Source: Sminthopsis crassicaudata
Lineage: Eukaryota
Assembly: GCF_048593235.1 (NCBI RefSeq)
Contig: NC_133622.1
Span: forward strand, 242,761,198 to 242,825,051
DNA length: 63,854 nucleotides
Direction: 5' to 3'
Positions 1 to 11,330 of this stretch are shown piece by piece (within the stretch, counting starts at the first letter, position 1; each line of letters starts with the position of its first letter). The notes below the pieces were generated by a model, which made no database searches, had not been told where the DNA came from, and worked only from the letters and a program-made list of their open reading frames with translations. A program made the position numbers and the translations under genes.

Positions 1-200
1 GAGGCATGGATCCCAAGAGGGTCAAGGATAGATATCAGGGAATACATGAACTGCAATGGAGAAAATCACATTCCATTTCAAAATAAATGATTTCCTTTAT
101 AATAATATGTGCTTTGTTTAATTCATGAAATAACATTTTTGAGAAAAGTTCCACAGTTTACTAACTGCTAAAGGGGTCAATACATACATGTAAGGTCAAA
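1..200. mobile_element. Degenerate non-autonomous DNA transposon relic (hAT/MITE-like), truncated by the window edge
   Basis: Resembles the common marsupial element ending ...aacattattctgagaaggggtccat...ccaaaggggtcca...aaggttaagaac. A related copy lies at about 19573-19745. Family assigned from recall. Confidence 0.4.
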
Positions 201-2297
201 CATAGACACTCATACACATTCACATGCAAAGAGACACAGAGAGTTATGAGAAAGATTAATTCTCTTGCTCTTGTGATGTTTCTCCTTTTTAATTAATATG
301 TTCCTTAGTTGGTATACGTAGTTTTCCATTGGATCTGATTTCAAAGTCTTTCCAGCTTCTTAGGATCTTCCATTATTTATTCCCAATGGACACTTAGAGT
401 CTCCATGAATATCCTGAGAATGAAGACTTTGTTACTTGATATCAGCAGTACAATAAAGCTATGTGTATAGGTATATGTATGTATAATAGAGAAATTTGTA
501 AATAATCAATATTCCTTTTATTTTAGGAATGCTAAATAGGGAGTTAATAATCTTGGTCTAAAATGCTCACTATAATTATTTAAATATAGAAATAGTAATG
601 TGTGGCTTAGTCGTTTTAGTCATATCTGATTGTTTATGATCCCATTTTTTTGACAAGGATATTGCAATGGTTTCCATTTTCTTTCTGAAAATATTTCCTA
701 TGATTCCCAACCCAATCTTTTATACAATCCTTTATATCATTCACCAAGTTGTTATCTTTTCCATGTCACCTAATTAGTCATTAGTGCCACCAATGTCAAT
801 TTAACTGATTAGCATCAATTAGCTTTCATCAAGTGATATGTAATATTTAATTAAAAGATAGATCATATACAAGATACATACAACATATTTAATAAAAAGA
901 TACATTAATAAAAAGATACATCAAAGACTAAAGTACAAGGATACTGTCCTACCACACAACAGACATTCTCCCTCTCCTGCCTCATTAGGGAGGTGAACAC
1001 AATCCAAAGATATTGGGAACAAACTTAAAATGGCTATAGGAAAAATATTGCTAATATGTTATTGAGTGTCAGTCAGCTGCCAAGTCAATTCATTGCTTGT
1101 ATTGGCTAAGCAGATCACTCCTTAAGTATGTGGGTCTTGGCTGCTGTGACTACTAAAGACTCTTCTAAGCTTCCATCACTGGATCTTTCAGAGATCATAA
1201 AAATGTTGTATTTCCATACCTTGTTAACCTAGGACCAATAAAGAATAAATTCAACAAAAGTGCCCTAATCAATGTTCATCTCTATTCTAGGGCCACTAAC
1301 CAGTTTGTGTTGTTCATGCCTATGGTACAGTCTATAGAATCACTTAGAATTCTCTAAAATTAGGCCAAAGCATTTCATCTCTTTTTTCCTTATTGAAAAT
1401 TTCAAAATCCTCTTCTGGTTTCTTAGTAAATTAAAGGTAACCCCAAGGTCTCTGAAACATAAATTTTAACAAGTCATATCAAGGTAAGAAGATACTCAAA
1501 GTGTAAGTCGTAACATGAAATGCTAACACTTTTTATTAGAACCATCCTAGCTAAATTTGGAGAGTTTCAACACCTATTTCTTTTCAGAGAACTGAATTAT
1601 TCATTAATTTTCTAAGACCATTACTTGTTGAAAAAAAATTCAATCTGCATAATTAAAGGGTATCGATATTCCCCAAATATCCAAATCTTAATGTAAGACA
1701 TCCAGAAAAAAGAAGACTTTAAAGTAAATTCTTATGGAAGTAGTTCTATCATCATAGGTAGATTAATAATATATATGTTTTTAATATAATAGTGATATTG
1801 AAATGTAATTCTTTCTGGAAAAGGTATTCATTTAAGAATTAAATGGTTCAAACTCTATTAACTTCATTCTACATACAACAGAAATATGATATATCTTTCA
1901 AATCCTTTCAATAGAAATCATTTCTCTGAATAATAATGGATTCAAGTGTAAGTCACCCCAAAATGGTGAAAGATTTACATAAAGGACATGTATTATCAGT
2001 TTTAAGACCTTCTTGCACAACAGATGATCACAACCTATATGTTATTTAGTAGATGAACTCAAGAATGAAATATCCAACCACTCTAGTAGCTTTCCTTAGA
2101 AAAACCCTAAATGGCATCATAAAGACTTGGATGTGATTGAAACAACAACAGCAGCAACAAAAATTTAAGGCCTAGAAAGTTGCCTTACACTGATCTGGTG
2201 ATTTTCCTAAAATAAGTCACTTTATCTCCTCCAAAAATTCTAATAGGCTCTATTATCACCAAATTCCAAAAGAAAGTCTTTTGTTCTGCAATTAAAA

Positions 2298-2836
2298 CCT
2301 TTCAAAATGGGGCTCGTTTGTACCTTTCCAGTTTTCTTTTATGTTGATTCTCCACGTAACTTTAATTGTCTCTCTGCTGCTTATATTCCATTTTCTGCCT
2401 TTGTATTTATGTGCTTAGCTTTTACCTATGCCGGCGATAATTTCCCTCCCCATCTTTATAGCCTAATTTCTCTGTCTCCCTTCAAAATTTGACTCAAAAT
2501 GTCTCTCAAGTTTCTAGCATCCTTTCCAATTTTTCCCTTATACTATATATATACATATATATGTATACTTATTTGTTATATTTATTATATATTATCATAC
2601 CTATTGTTATATAATTATTCATATACCTATTTATTAGGTATATATTTATATTATTTATATATATTATATATTTATATAAATATATATTTATTAAAATGTT
2701 TTCACTGCCATTAAAATGTAAGATCTTTGCATGTAGAGACTATTTTAACCTTTATTCATATCATCAACACTTAGCACAGTACTTGGGACATATAGTGAGA
2801 GATTAATAAATGTTTGTTGGGTGAAGGACTGAATGA
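2298..2836 (+). mobile_element. L2 LINE 3' fragment, interrupted by an AT-rich low-complexity tract at about 2540-2700
   Basis: L2-like motifs, ending ...cttagcacagtacttgggacatatagtgagagattaataaatgtttgttgg...tgaatga. Paralogous copy at about 36047-36505. Confidence 0.6.
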
Positions 2837-3113
2837 CTTTCATAAAGCCCCTTTTCAAACATTGTCAGAAATGGAATTTGATCACAGATCTCCCTCACCA
2901 CAAACATAGTATAAACACCATTATAACAGAAATAAAACAACCAAAGACACTTGATTCAACAATTAAGTGTTTTTGGTTGTTTCATTTCGGTTAAGGTCAA
3001 TGTTGGATATAACGGTGCTATTCTAATAGGGCATAATTTAGATCACATTTAAAACAAAACATTTGAAAGAACTCTGAGTGTCAGATAACAGTGACATCAA
3101 ATATATGGATGAA

Positions 3114-3119
3114 TTTATT
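3114..3119 (-). terminator. Candidate polyadenylation signal AATAAA for G1
   Basis: TTTATT on the plus strand about 30 nt past the G1 stop codon. Not conserved at the equivalent G3 position. Confidence 0.3.
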
Positions 3120-3148
3120 GGGGGAAAGACACAATGTTTTCCTCAAAC

Positions 3149-4078
3149 TCAGGAAGCTGTAATTTTGCAGAGTTTCTTCAGGGCTTCTTTGACATCCTTG
3201 TTCCTCAGGCTGTAGATCATGGGGTTCAACATGGGGAAGAGGACTGTGTAAAATGTGGAGACAATTTTCTCCTGCTCCAGGGAATAGCTGGAACTTGGGC
3301 GAGCATAAGTGTAGATACCAGAGCCAAAGTATAAGGTAACAGAAATCAAATGAGCAGAACATGTAGAAAAGGCTTTGAGTTGACCTTGTGTAGAGCGAAT
3401 CCTCAAGATGGCAGCAATGATGAAGAGATAGGAGGCAAAGATTAGTACAATAGGCGTGATGATATTGGAAGCCACAAGGAAATACAATACCTCCTGGTAA
3501 CTGTCCTTCACATCACATGCCAGCTTTATCAAGGGTGGAACATCACAGAAGAAATCATCAATGACATTATCCCCACAGAAATTCAAAGTGAATGTGTTGC
3601 TAGTAAGTATGGTAGAATTAACAAAACCACCAATGTAGGAAATGCCAACCAGACACATGCATAACCATCTAGACATGGCCTGAGCATAGAGCAGTGGGTT
3701 GGAGATGGCTACATAGCGGTCATATGCCATGGCTGCCAATAGGTAGCACTCACTATATCCCAGGCCTGCTGAGAAAAAGAACTGAGCCAAACATCCAGCA
3801 AAGGAGATGAGTTTGTCCTCAGAGATACAGGTCACCATGATTTTAGGGGTATAAACAGAGGAATACCAGAGATCCAGAAAAGACAGATTCCCAATGAAGA
3901 AATACATGGGAGTATGCAGCCGGGAGTCAGTATAGATTAGTACTATCAAAGTGATATTCCCCATCAGGGTCATAAAGTATACAATGAGAAAAAGTACAAA
4001 CAGGATGAGCTGCATCACAGGATCCTGGGTGAAACCAAGCAGGATGAACTCAGTTACACTATGGTTGCCTTCTTCCAT
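3149..4078 (-). CDS. OR9G1-like: Olfactory receptor, OR9G1/OR9G9-like (G1), intact, 309 aa
   Basis: Single-exon 7TM ORF with the OR motifs [28 protein letters not shown] and [15 protein letters not shown], an N-glycosylation sequon (NHS) and the OR9G1-type NVIDDFFCD. The ORF track starts at a GTG (4096); the first ATG is at 4078. Confidence 0.95.
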   Translation of the reverse strand: MEEGNHSVTEFILLGFTQDPVMQLILFVLFLIVYFMTLMGNITLIVLIYTDSRLHTPMYFFIGNLSFLDLWYSSVYTPKIMVTCISEDKLISFAGCLAQFFFSAGLGYSECYLLAAMAYDRYVAISNPLLYAQAMSRWLCMCLVGISYIGGFVNSTILTSNTFTLNFCGDNVIDDFFCDVPPLIKLACDVKDSYQEVLYFLVASNIITPIVLIFASYLFIIAAILRIRSTQGQLKAFSTCSAHLISVTLYFGSGIYTYARPSSSYSLEQEKIVSTFYTVLFPMLNPMIYSLRNKDVKEALKKLCKITAS

Positions 4079-4410
4079 GTCTGTAGAGTGTGTCACCTCC
4101 CATGAAAAAATGGTTTAGAAGCACCATTGTCCATACCTAGGTAAAACAAATGAAAAAAAAACATTGTGTGATAGGGTAGGCTATACAAATCAACAGGCAG
4201 AAATATTTGGTGCTCTCTGCCTGCCATGTGGGTAAATTTTAGCACCAGAAGACATTTAAATTTTGAGGTGATTTTGGGTGCTCAAAGTCTCTAAGGAGAG
4301 ATCTCAAGTTCTGGTGATTCCTACCAGTCTGAAAAGGTTTCAAGAACATGCTACGTCAATGACTTCATTACTGCCATGCAAATCCCAACCCAGTTAGCTT
4401 CAAAGAGCCT

Positions 4411-4887
4411 TGTTATGAGCCAGAACTCTGAAATAAGGATTCTTACAAGCTGTTAAGTCAATGGAATTGACTTAATAGTTCTCTAGTTCAGTACACGTAC
4501 TTAGTACTTAATATAGTTCTACAAGATCCACACCTATGATAATGGAGTATATAACAGGCAGCAAAGGCTGAGACAGATTCATTCCATCATCCACCTTTGT
4601 GGTAGATGAAAGCTGAAGCAGAAACCCTTGGACTCAGACAGATTCATCCCATCTCACACCACCTTGGTGGCAGGCTCTCCTCCTTCGATACTCCACTGAA
4701 ACCAAGACTCCAGAAGTCCTTCAGAAAACTAGCTGAGCCCCAAGTGAAGGAGACAAGACTTTGAAGGAGACAAGAAAGGATTTGGACTTTAACACCTGGC
4801 TGTTCTTGTGGTGATTACTGAAATGAAATAAAGGCTGCTCCCAGGACCCCCAGAGATCCCAAGAAAACTGAACCAGAGAACATTACA
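4411..4887 (+). mobile_element. Solo LTR (477 bp) with 6-bp target-site duplication
   Basis: TG...CA termini. TSD GAGCCT at 4405-4410 and 4888-4893. TATA-like gtatataac near 4547 and AATAAA near 4827. Empty site present in the G3 paralogue near 38140. Related LTR at 23773. Confidence 0.85.
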
Positions 4888-5648
4888 GAGCCTCATTAGC
4901 TTCTGATATGAAGAGCCACCTTCAACAAATATATCTAACAAGTTCTGTATAAAATATGGAAGCCCTGGCTGAGGAATCAATTTAAATTATGTATAGTTTT
5001 CCACTATTAGGCATTAAGGCCATTCTTTCTTTTAATTAATGGAATCTCATTAATCAGTTCTCTATTAACCTAGTGGATCAAGGACTTATAGAGTTATTGC
5101 TTCATCAGTGAGTCCAACCCTTTTATTGTTCACAAAAGGAACATGAGCTTCAGGGAGTAGATGCGGTTTATCCAGGATGATCTGCCTACAAATTCAGTTC
5201 TCATTCTATCAAAAATAAATCCCTCAATTTTTTTTTATCTTCTGCTGTATTACAGCATATGTTTATATGATTTTTTGCAAACATTAAGAAACATAAAATA
5301 TCAGATCCTGAGAGTTGAAAAGTCCTACATAAATCATTATCAATGTAACTCAAGTCTGAAAAGAATTCTTACTGCAACAAATCTAAAAGTGGGTATATAG
5401 CCTTTGCTTGATGACTTCCAGTATCAAATAAAATGTTTTATTATTTTAAATTAAAATGCCCCATCTGCATTGAGTTTAAAAACAAAATTAATGAAATAAA
5501 TCCATCAAAGGACTTTTCTTTGAATTTTATAATAAAAACTTCTACCTCCATACCACTACTTGAACATAATGTGAAGTAGTGAAATGTTATTCTATCATCA
5601 TCACTACCATTAGGCATGTTAACATAATTATTTGATACTGTGCTAAGA

Positions 5649-5868
5649 GGGCAGCTAGATGATGGAATGGGTAGAGTACTAGGACTGGAGTCAGGAAAAC
5701 ACATCTTCTTGCGTCCAATTTTGGCCTCAGACATTTTATAAGCAGTCATATTTGCCTCAGTTTCCTCATTTGTAAAATGAACTGTGGGAAGAAAGTGGCT
5801 AGCCAGTCCAGGATATCTGTTAAGACCCTGACTGGGGTTCTGAAGAGTCAGACATGACTAAAAAATGA
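5649..5868 (+). mobile_element. CORE-SINE (MAR1/MIR-type with RTE-like 3' tail)
   Basis: gggcagctag tRNA-derived head, CORE gcctcagtttcctcatttgtaaaatg, tail ...agtcagacatgact. Paralogue at about 38965-39185. Confidence 0.75.
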
Positions 5869-7554
5869 GAGTACTGTGCTGGTAGTCAATAATACATGAG
5901 ATCACATTCCATGTCTGATACTAATACTGTTTTACTTAGGGAAGTCATAACTTATCAGTAGCTCAAGCTTGAATGTTCCTGCTCCTCATCTTCTGAAGTC
6001 TTCTTTCAGTTCAAATCTCATCTTCAGAAGTAAACATTTCTTGGTTCTTTCAACTTCTAGTAACCCCTCACCTCAATTTACCTTCTTTTTATTATGTATG
6101 GATGTAGTTATTTATTTATTTATATATCTTTCACTTCCCCCGTAGAATATGAACCCCTTGAAGATAGGATTTGTCTTTGTAGCTGCAGCCCTAATTCTGA
6201 CTCTGAATTGGTAGAGAGAATTCTGATTCTAGGAGTTCCACATGTTATTGAGATCCTTCGTGTATTTTCAATCATATTCAATATTATTGAATATTTTTAT
6301 TACTATTATTGAATAATGATTGAATAATAAATAAATAAAACAAATAAATCTTTGTTGTTTATGTAAGGGATTTCATTTTATCCTCAGAATAGCTCCATAG
6401 GGAGGTAATGATTTATAAGGAGATATTTCAAACCACATGATATTTTTGTGAAAGAAAAGGTATTTATTTGGGCTTTATGCTGACTATTTAAAAGATACAT
6501 CATCATGCTCAGACAGATATGTGGTAGAGAGGATATAATGTTGGAACTGTAGTTCATAAGACCTAAGTTCAAATCCTGTTTCCGATACTTATCAGCAATA
6601 TGAATTTGGGCAAGTGCCTTCTTTTCTTTCTCTTTCTCAGTTTCCTCTTCTTTAAAATGAGAGGAATCAAGATTCTTGAAGTGTCCTTCAAGCTCCATTT
6701 CTAATATAAATCTCTGATATTAGGATTGTTTAAGTACATGATAAGGTTGGACTAAATGCAATTGTAACAAGCAAACAACGAACAACTATTAGAAGCTCTG
6801 GACAGAGGAGCCCATGCAAGTTAGGACACTATTTTGATCCAATTATAAGCTTTTCTATCACTTTAGCAAATGAAATTGTCCAAGCCATGAACTGTTAGGA
6901 GATTCTGGTACTGGCCAATGAATCAGTCTTTGACCTTATTAGACAGATGAAAAATATAGCCTTCATGTTACTGAATTATACAGTCACATTGGTCGTTAGA
7001 GTCCCACCTCTTCTGATAGCTTTTCAAGCTCATTAATAATCTGTGCTAGTCTTTTACTAAGTGACACAAGAGATTATGGAGATAGGGTTCTCTGCATTCT
7101 ACTACTCCAATTTATATTTGCCTTACTGAGACACATAAAAATGATGTTTCTTATCCATTCTCACACAGCTGATATCACAGTGGGGACAATTTCTATTTCC
7201 AATTGTGTAGCAGAAGAAGTTCTGGATGTACAAACAGAGAGGTAGGGTTGAAATCTCAATGCAGTTATTTTAGCTCCCCTGGTGATTTTGGACAAATCAT
7301 TTAACCTCACCTTTTGTCATTTCTCTCAACTGTAAAGAACTCAAGAATCTTCTAAGGCCTTCAAAATATTAATCTCTGATACAATGGTTATTGGAATACT
7401 GGAATATTGGAATATTGTAGCAGGTTATCCTGTCTCTATTTTCCCATTTCTAATACATTGTTTCTTTCTCATTTTTTTCATTAATTTTCTCTTTCTTCTA
7501 CTATTATAATATACACTCAAGCAAAACAAATATCTACTTTTAGTTTAGTCCTTT

Positions 7555-7779
7555 TCCAGTTGTGTCTAACTGTTATTGACCCCATTTGGGATTTTCTTAG
7601 CAAAGATACTGGCATGACTTGCCATTTTTTCCCCATTTCATTTTACAGATGAGGAAACTGAGGCAGTCAAGTGACTTATCCAGGGTCATACAACTAAGTA
7701 AGTGTTTGAGGCCAGATTTGAACTCAGGTTTTCCTGACTCCAAGGCCAAGACTCTATGAACTGTGCCACATAGCTGCCC
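7555..7779 (-). mobile_element. CORE-SINE (MAR1-type)
   Basis: Reverse-oriented head (...tagctgccc), CORE ttttacagatgaggaaactgaggc and RTE-like tail. Confidence 0.75.
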
Positions 7780-7929
7780 AATTTTTTGCAATGATCATGT
7801 GCAGTAAATAAAATTCTCATTGTACTTCCTGATTCTATCAATCATCTGCCTATTAGTAAAAGTGTAGAATTTTTTTTTTTTTATCTCTCAGGCTGAATTA
7901 TTATTATTCTCATCATTCTCAGGCTGAAT

Positions 7930-8480
7930 ATCATGCAATGATTTTGTCATGTGACTCCTCTGTTCAGCAATACTCAGCGGCTCCTTCCTTCTAAGGTCTG
8001 TTTCCCCATCTGGTATTCAAAATTCTACACAATGATAGATGACATTACCATCTAACTTTCTCTATGCCCTCCTCCCTGCATTCTAAAAATTGACAAGCCA
8101 TGGAATATTCTACTTCCTAACACTCATTGCCATCTTACCCCTTTCTGTCTTTGTTTGGTGCCTTCTCTCTGCCTTGAATGCCCCCTTCCTTCTAATTTCC
8201 TGCTGAATTCCTGCCCTTCCTTTAAAAGCTAATTCATGTCACCTTTTTTTCCCCACACAAGTCCTTTCCTGATATCACAAAATTTAAGAACTCACTTTAT
8301 GTTATTATGCTATTTAACTAAACACTAATTATAGGACACTGTCAGTTATTATAACTTATGTTAATGTCTTAACTAGTAAGTTTTCTGCAGGCATGTACCT
8401 AGTCTTAATCTTAAATGTGTCACTTCCCAAAATGTGTCTCACTGTGCCTAACACAGTGCTCTGTAGCTAATAGATAATTA
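7930..8480 (+). mobile_element. L2 LINE 3' fragments
   Basis: L2-like motifs (gtcatgtgactcctctgttca, ccttcctttaaaagctaattca, gtgcctaacacagtgctct). Confidence 0.5.
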
Positions 8481-9725
8481 ATAATTACGGGACTGTATTT
8501 CATTTGTTTCATTATATAGCTGGATCTTTGGGGATAGGAGAAATTATATTAAATGATAAATCAATAGCTGGTTTTTAAGTTAAAATGATGTGGATTCAGG
8601 GCCTACCTTTATCCCATATTAGCTGTATAACTCTGGTTACATTGCTAAGGCTTGTAGGATCTCATAAAAAATTCATTAAAACTATAGGGCCTAAAAGTAT
8701 TGCCAATCTGCATGAAGAAAGGGAGTTCCCATCCTGGAAATTTCTTGAATAAGTGAAATCACAGATGATGAAAACCATTACCTCTAGTCTACTTCACCCC
8801 ATGCTACCACCAAGACCCCCAAATAATAAATCTTAGCTAAATTAAGGCATTTAGCACAGATTTTTCTAAATATGACTTTTCAAATTTTTAATTATTTCCT
8901 TTGATATTCTTGAATTCTTGTTTTTCTAAATTATAGCTAATTCAGCAAAATAATGGTTCGTAATTTAATTTAAATAGCATTGGAAGGGAAGGAGGAAAAA
9001 ACAAAAAAAATTAACATGACAATTTTGTTGTATATATATATATATATAAAAGGAATTAAAAGTTGCACATAACAGATTTGAAGTTTCATATGAGATTGTC
9101 TTTTTCATTGTACTTATACTATGGAAATCTTAAATATTTGAGATGAGACCTTAGAGGATTAATGTATAGGATTAGATACAGATTGTTCAACTCTTAATAC
9201 ACACTTTCTTCAAACTTCTGAGTTCATAACAGGCTTGAGTACCCACAATTGTAGTGTTAGAAAAATGGAATGGACCTGTGGGATTTTTCTTTCAACTAAA
9301 GCTCTTGAGGTAGCAAAGTGGAAAGAATAATGTATCTGGTATCAGAACACCCAAATCTCAATCTTTATTCTGCACATGCTTGTGGTCCCAGAGTTTTTTT
9401 GTTTTGTTTTGTTTTTATAAAATGAAACTCTTAGATGAAATGCTTCCCAGTGCCCTTGCAAATTAATTATATGAGCTCATGAATCTATGAGAACAGATGC
9501 CTGACCACAAAAGGAAAAATAATACTTATGGGATTTCAATCATCATGTTAGACATGTGTTTTAGCTAGCTGGAGCAGATGTATAGGAATTTATCTGGCTC
9601 CTCAGTTGCTACCTCATTTTAGCGGGCAGCTGCATTTATTTATGCTTCACCAAACAGACTATCAGCTTGTATTGCAAGAACAAAAAATTTCTAGTGAAGC
9701 CCCATCCCTGATTCATACAACTTAC

Positions 9726-9960
9726 CTAAAAATGAGCAACACAGTCATCCCAATGGAACCCTCCCTACTCTGCTGCTCCTGGAATCTTTTGTACTTGCTG
9801 TGTATTCTCCAGGGCTCAGATCCCAATCAAGTACACTCTTGGTCTGGAAGTTCTTGCATGTGGCAATTAAACCAAATTTCCTTTTGATTGTTTTGGTTTT
9901 GTTCAATTCCACAAGAGGATGCAGTCACACTAGGGAATCATGCTCTCCAAAGTTAATTCA
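9726..9960 (-). promoter_or_regulatory. Predicted promoter and non-coding first exon of G1
   Basis: Minus-strand donor AG|GTAAGT at 9725, homeodomain site CAATTA at 9864-9869, EBF(O/E)-like TCTCCAGGG near 9805 and AGGGAATCA at 9932-9940. The module recurs upstream of G2, G3 and G4. Confidence 0.6.
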
Positions 9961-10523
9961 TCCTTGACTTTCTTCCTTAATAAAACTTAGAGGCTATTGG
10001 GAAGTAATAACCATGACTTTCCATGGCAACAAAATCCAATAGAATATGTAGATTGGGGTTGAGATAGGAGAGACCTCTACTCAAATGCAAGGGACTCAGC
10101 TTCTCAAGCTATTTTTGGAGCCTCTAAAACCCCTAAAATTATTTCCATGAAAAATGGAAAAAGAAAAAAATAAAGAAAAGGAAGAAGATGAAATATTTTA
10201 ATTCATTTGAAAATAACAAGGCTTCTCTCTGACAAAAGACTTCCTAAAGTAATGATGGATATTTTTACTGTTCTTTAACATTGCCTATGAATTTTTAACT
10301 TATTCCTCATATGAATTAGAGCTTATCATGTTCAAACTACTATACAATGTGCAATACACACACATACAAAAATCAAATGATCTCTGGCTTCAGGAGGATT
10401 ATATTATACAATATGTATACAGGTACAATATGTACAATATGTAGGGGGGACAATATGTAGACAGGTAAACAAATACAATAAAAATTGAGTCTGTAGAAAG
10501 TATTCATGAAAGGAACAAAGTCA

Positions 10524-11330
10524 TGATGTCAGAGCAAAGACAGGGCCTCACATAGTTCTTACAAATTCCTCTCCAAAGAACTTTAAAATAATACCTCAAA
10601 ACAAATTCTGTAATGTCAAGACCCACAAAAGTACAGGGAAAACAATTTCCCAGACTAAGACAAATGAGAAGGTCAACAGAAATGTTCTATCACATCAGGG
10701 TGAAAAGTCTAGCAAATTCAAGTACAACTAATACCCAAGGAAAACAGCAATAGATCTTGGGACCAACTGAATTGACAATGTTGACTTTGAAAGCTCTCAG
10801 CCCACCGATGGTAAGGAGATAAGATATTGGGCAGAAGAAAATTACAGGAGTCTCATTATTTGGCAATAGGTCCAGAACTCCCTTATATTACTCATATGCA
10901 GGTTCATATCACAGATCTGGATCTCATGCTCAGGATGAGAAGGAACAATATCACACAGAGCTATTATGTGCATGATGGACCTGATCCCTATTTCGGAGCA
11001 GAAAATCAATGCATGTATAGACAACATCAAAGGCCAATAAGTTTATAAACCCACCTGTCCTTAGATCATATCGTCTTGGAAAAAATATAAATATAAATTG
11101 TAAAAATCAATTAACAGATATAGAGTAAAAGTGTGGATATATGTAAGAATGAATGAATCATGTATGAAAATCATGAAAAAAAAACATTTAACTCCTCAGT
11201 AATGGAAGCACCAAAATACAGAAGAAAATAACACCTTTAAAAAGCAGAATAGATTAAATGGTAAAAGAAAAACAAAAATCCACTAAAGAGAAAAACTCTT
11301 TAAAGGAAAAAACTGACCAAATGGAAAAGG
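10524..11330 (+). mobile_element. Old L1 5'UTR/ORF1 fragment
   Basis: Degenerate marsupial L1 ORF1 coiled-coil repeats (EENNSLK..GQMEKE-like) followed by a GAG-rich tract. Paralogue at 45240-46340. Confidence 0.6.

Noticed and set aside
2499-2714. Tyr/Ile-rich, Val/Cys-rich or Leu/Phe-rich ORFs (also 11300-11482, 22231-22413, 25381-25676, 45786-46647, 51232-51429)
   Set aside because: Translations of microsatellites and low-complexity tracts.
3081-3362. Short ORFs overlapping OR genes, including the apparently conserved antisense peptide ...[16 protein letters not shown]... at 3134-3334 and 36771-37058, and ORFs 33015-33206, 37675-37971, 50536-50811 and 61742-62014
   Set aside because: These are shadow frames of the conserved OR CDS. 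Similarity between copies follows from OR paralogy.
10827-11048. Opposing ORFs with normal amino-acid composition
   Set aside because: They lie within a decayed L1 5' region, and the paralogous copy (about 45490-45700) does not appear as an ORF.
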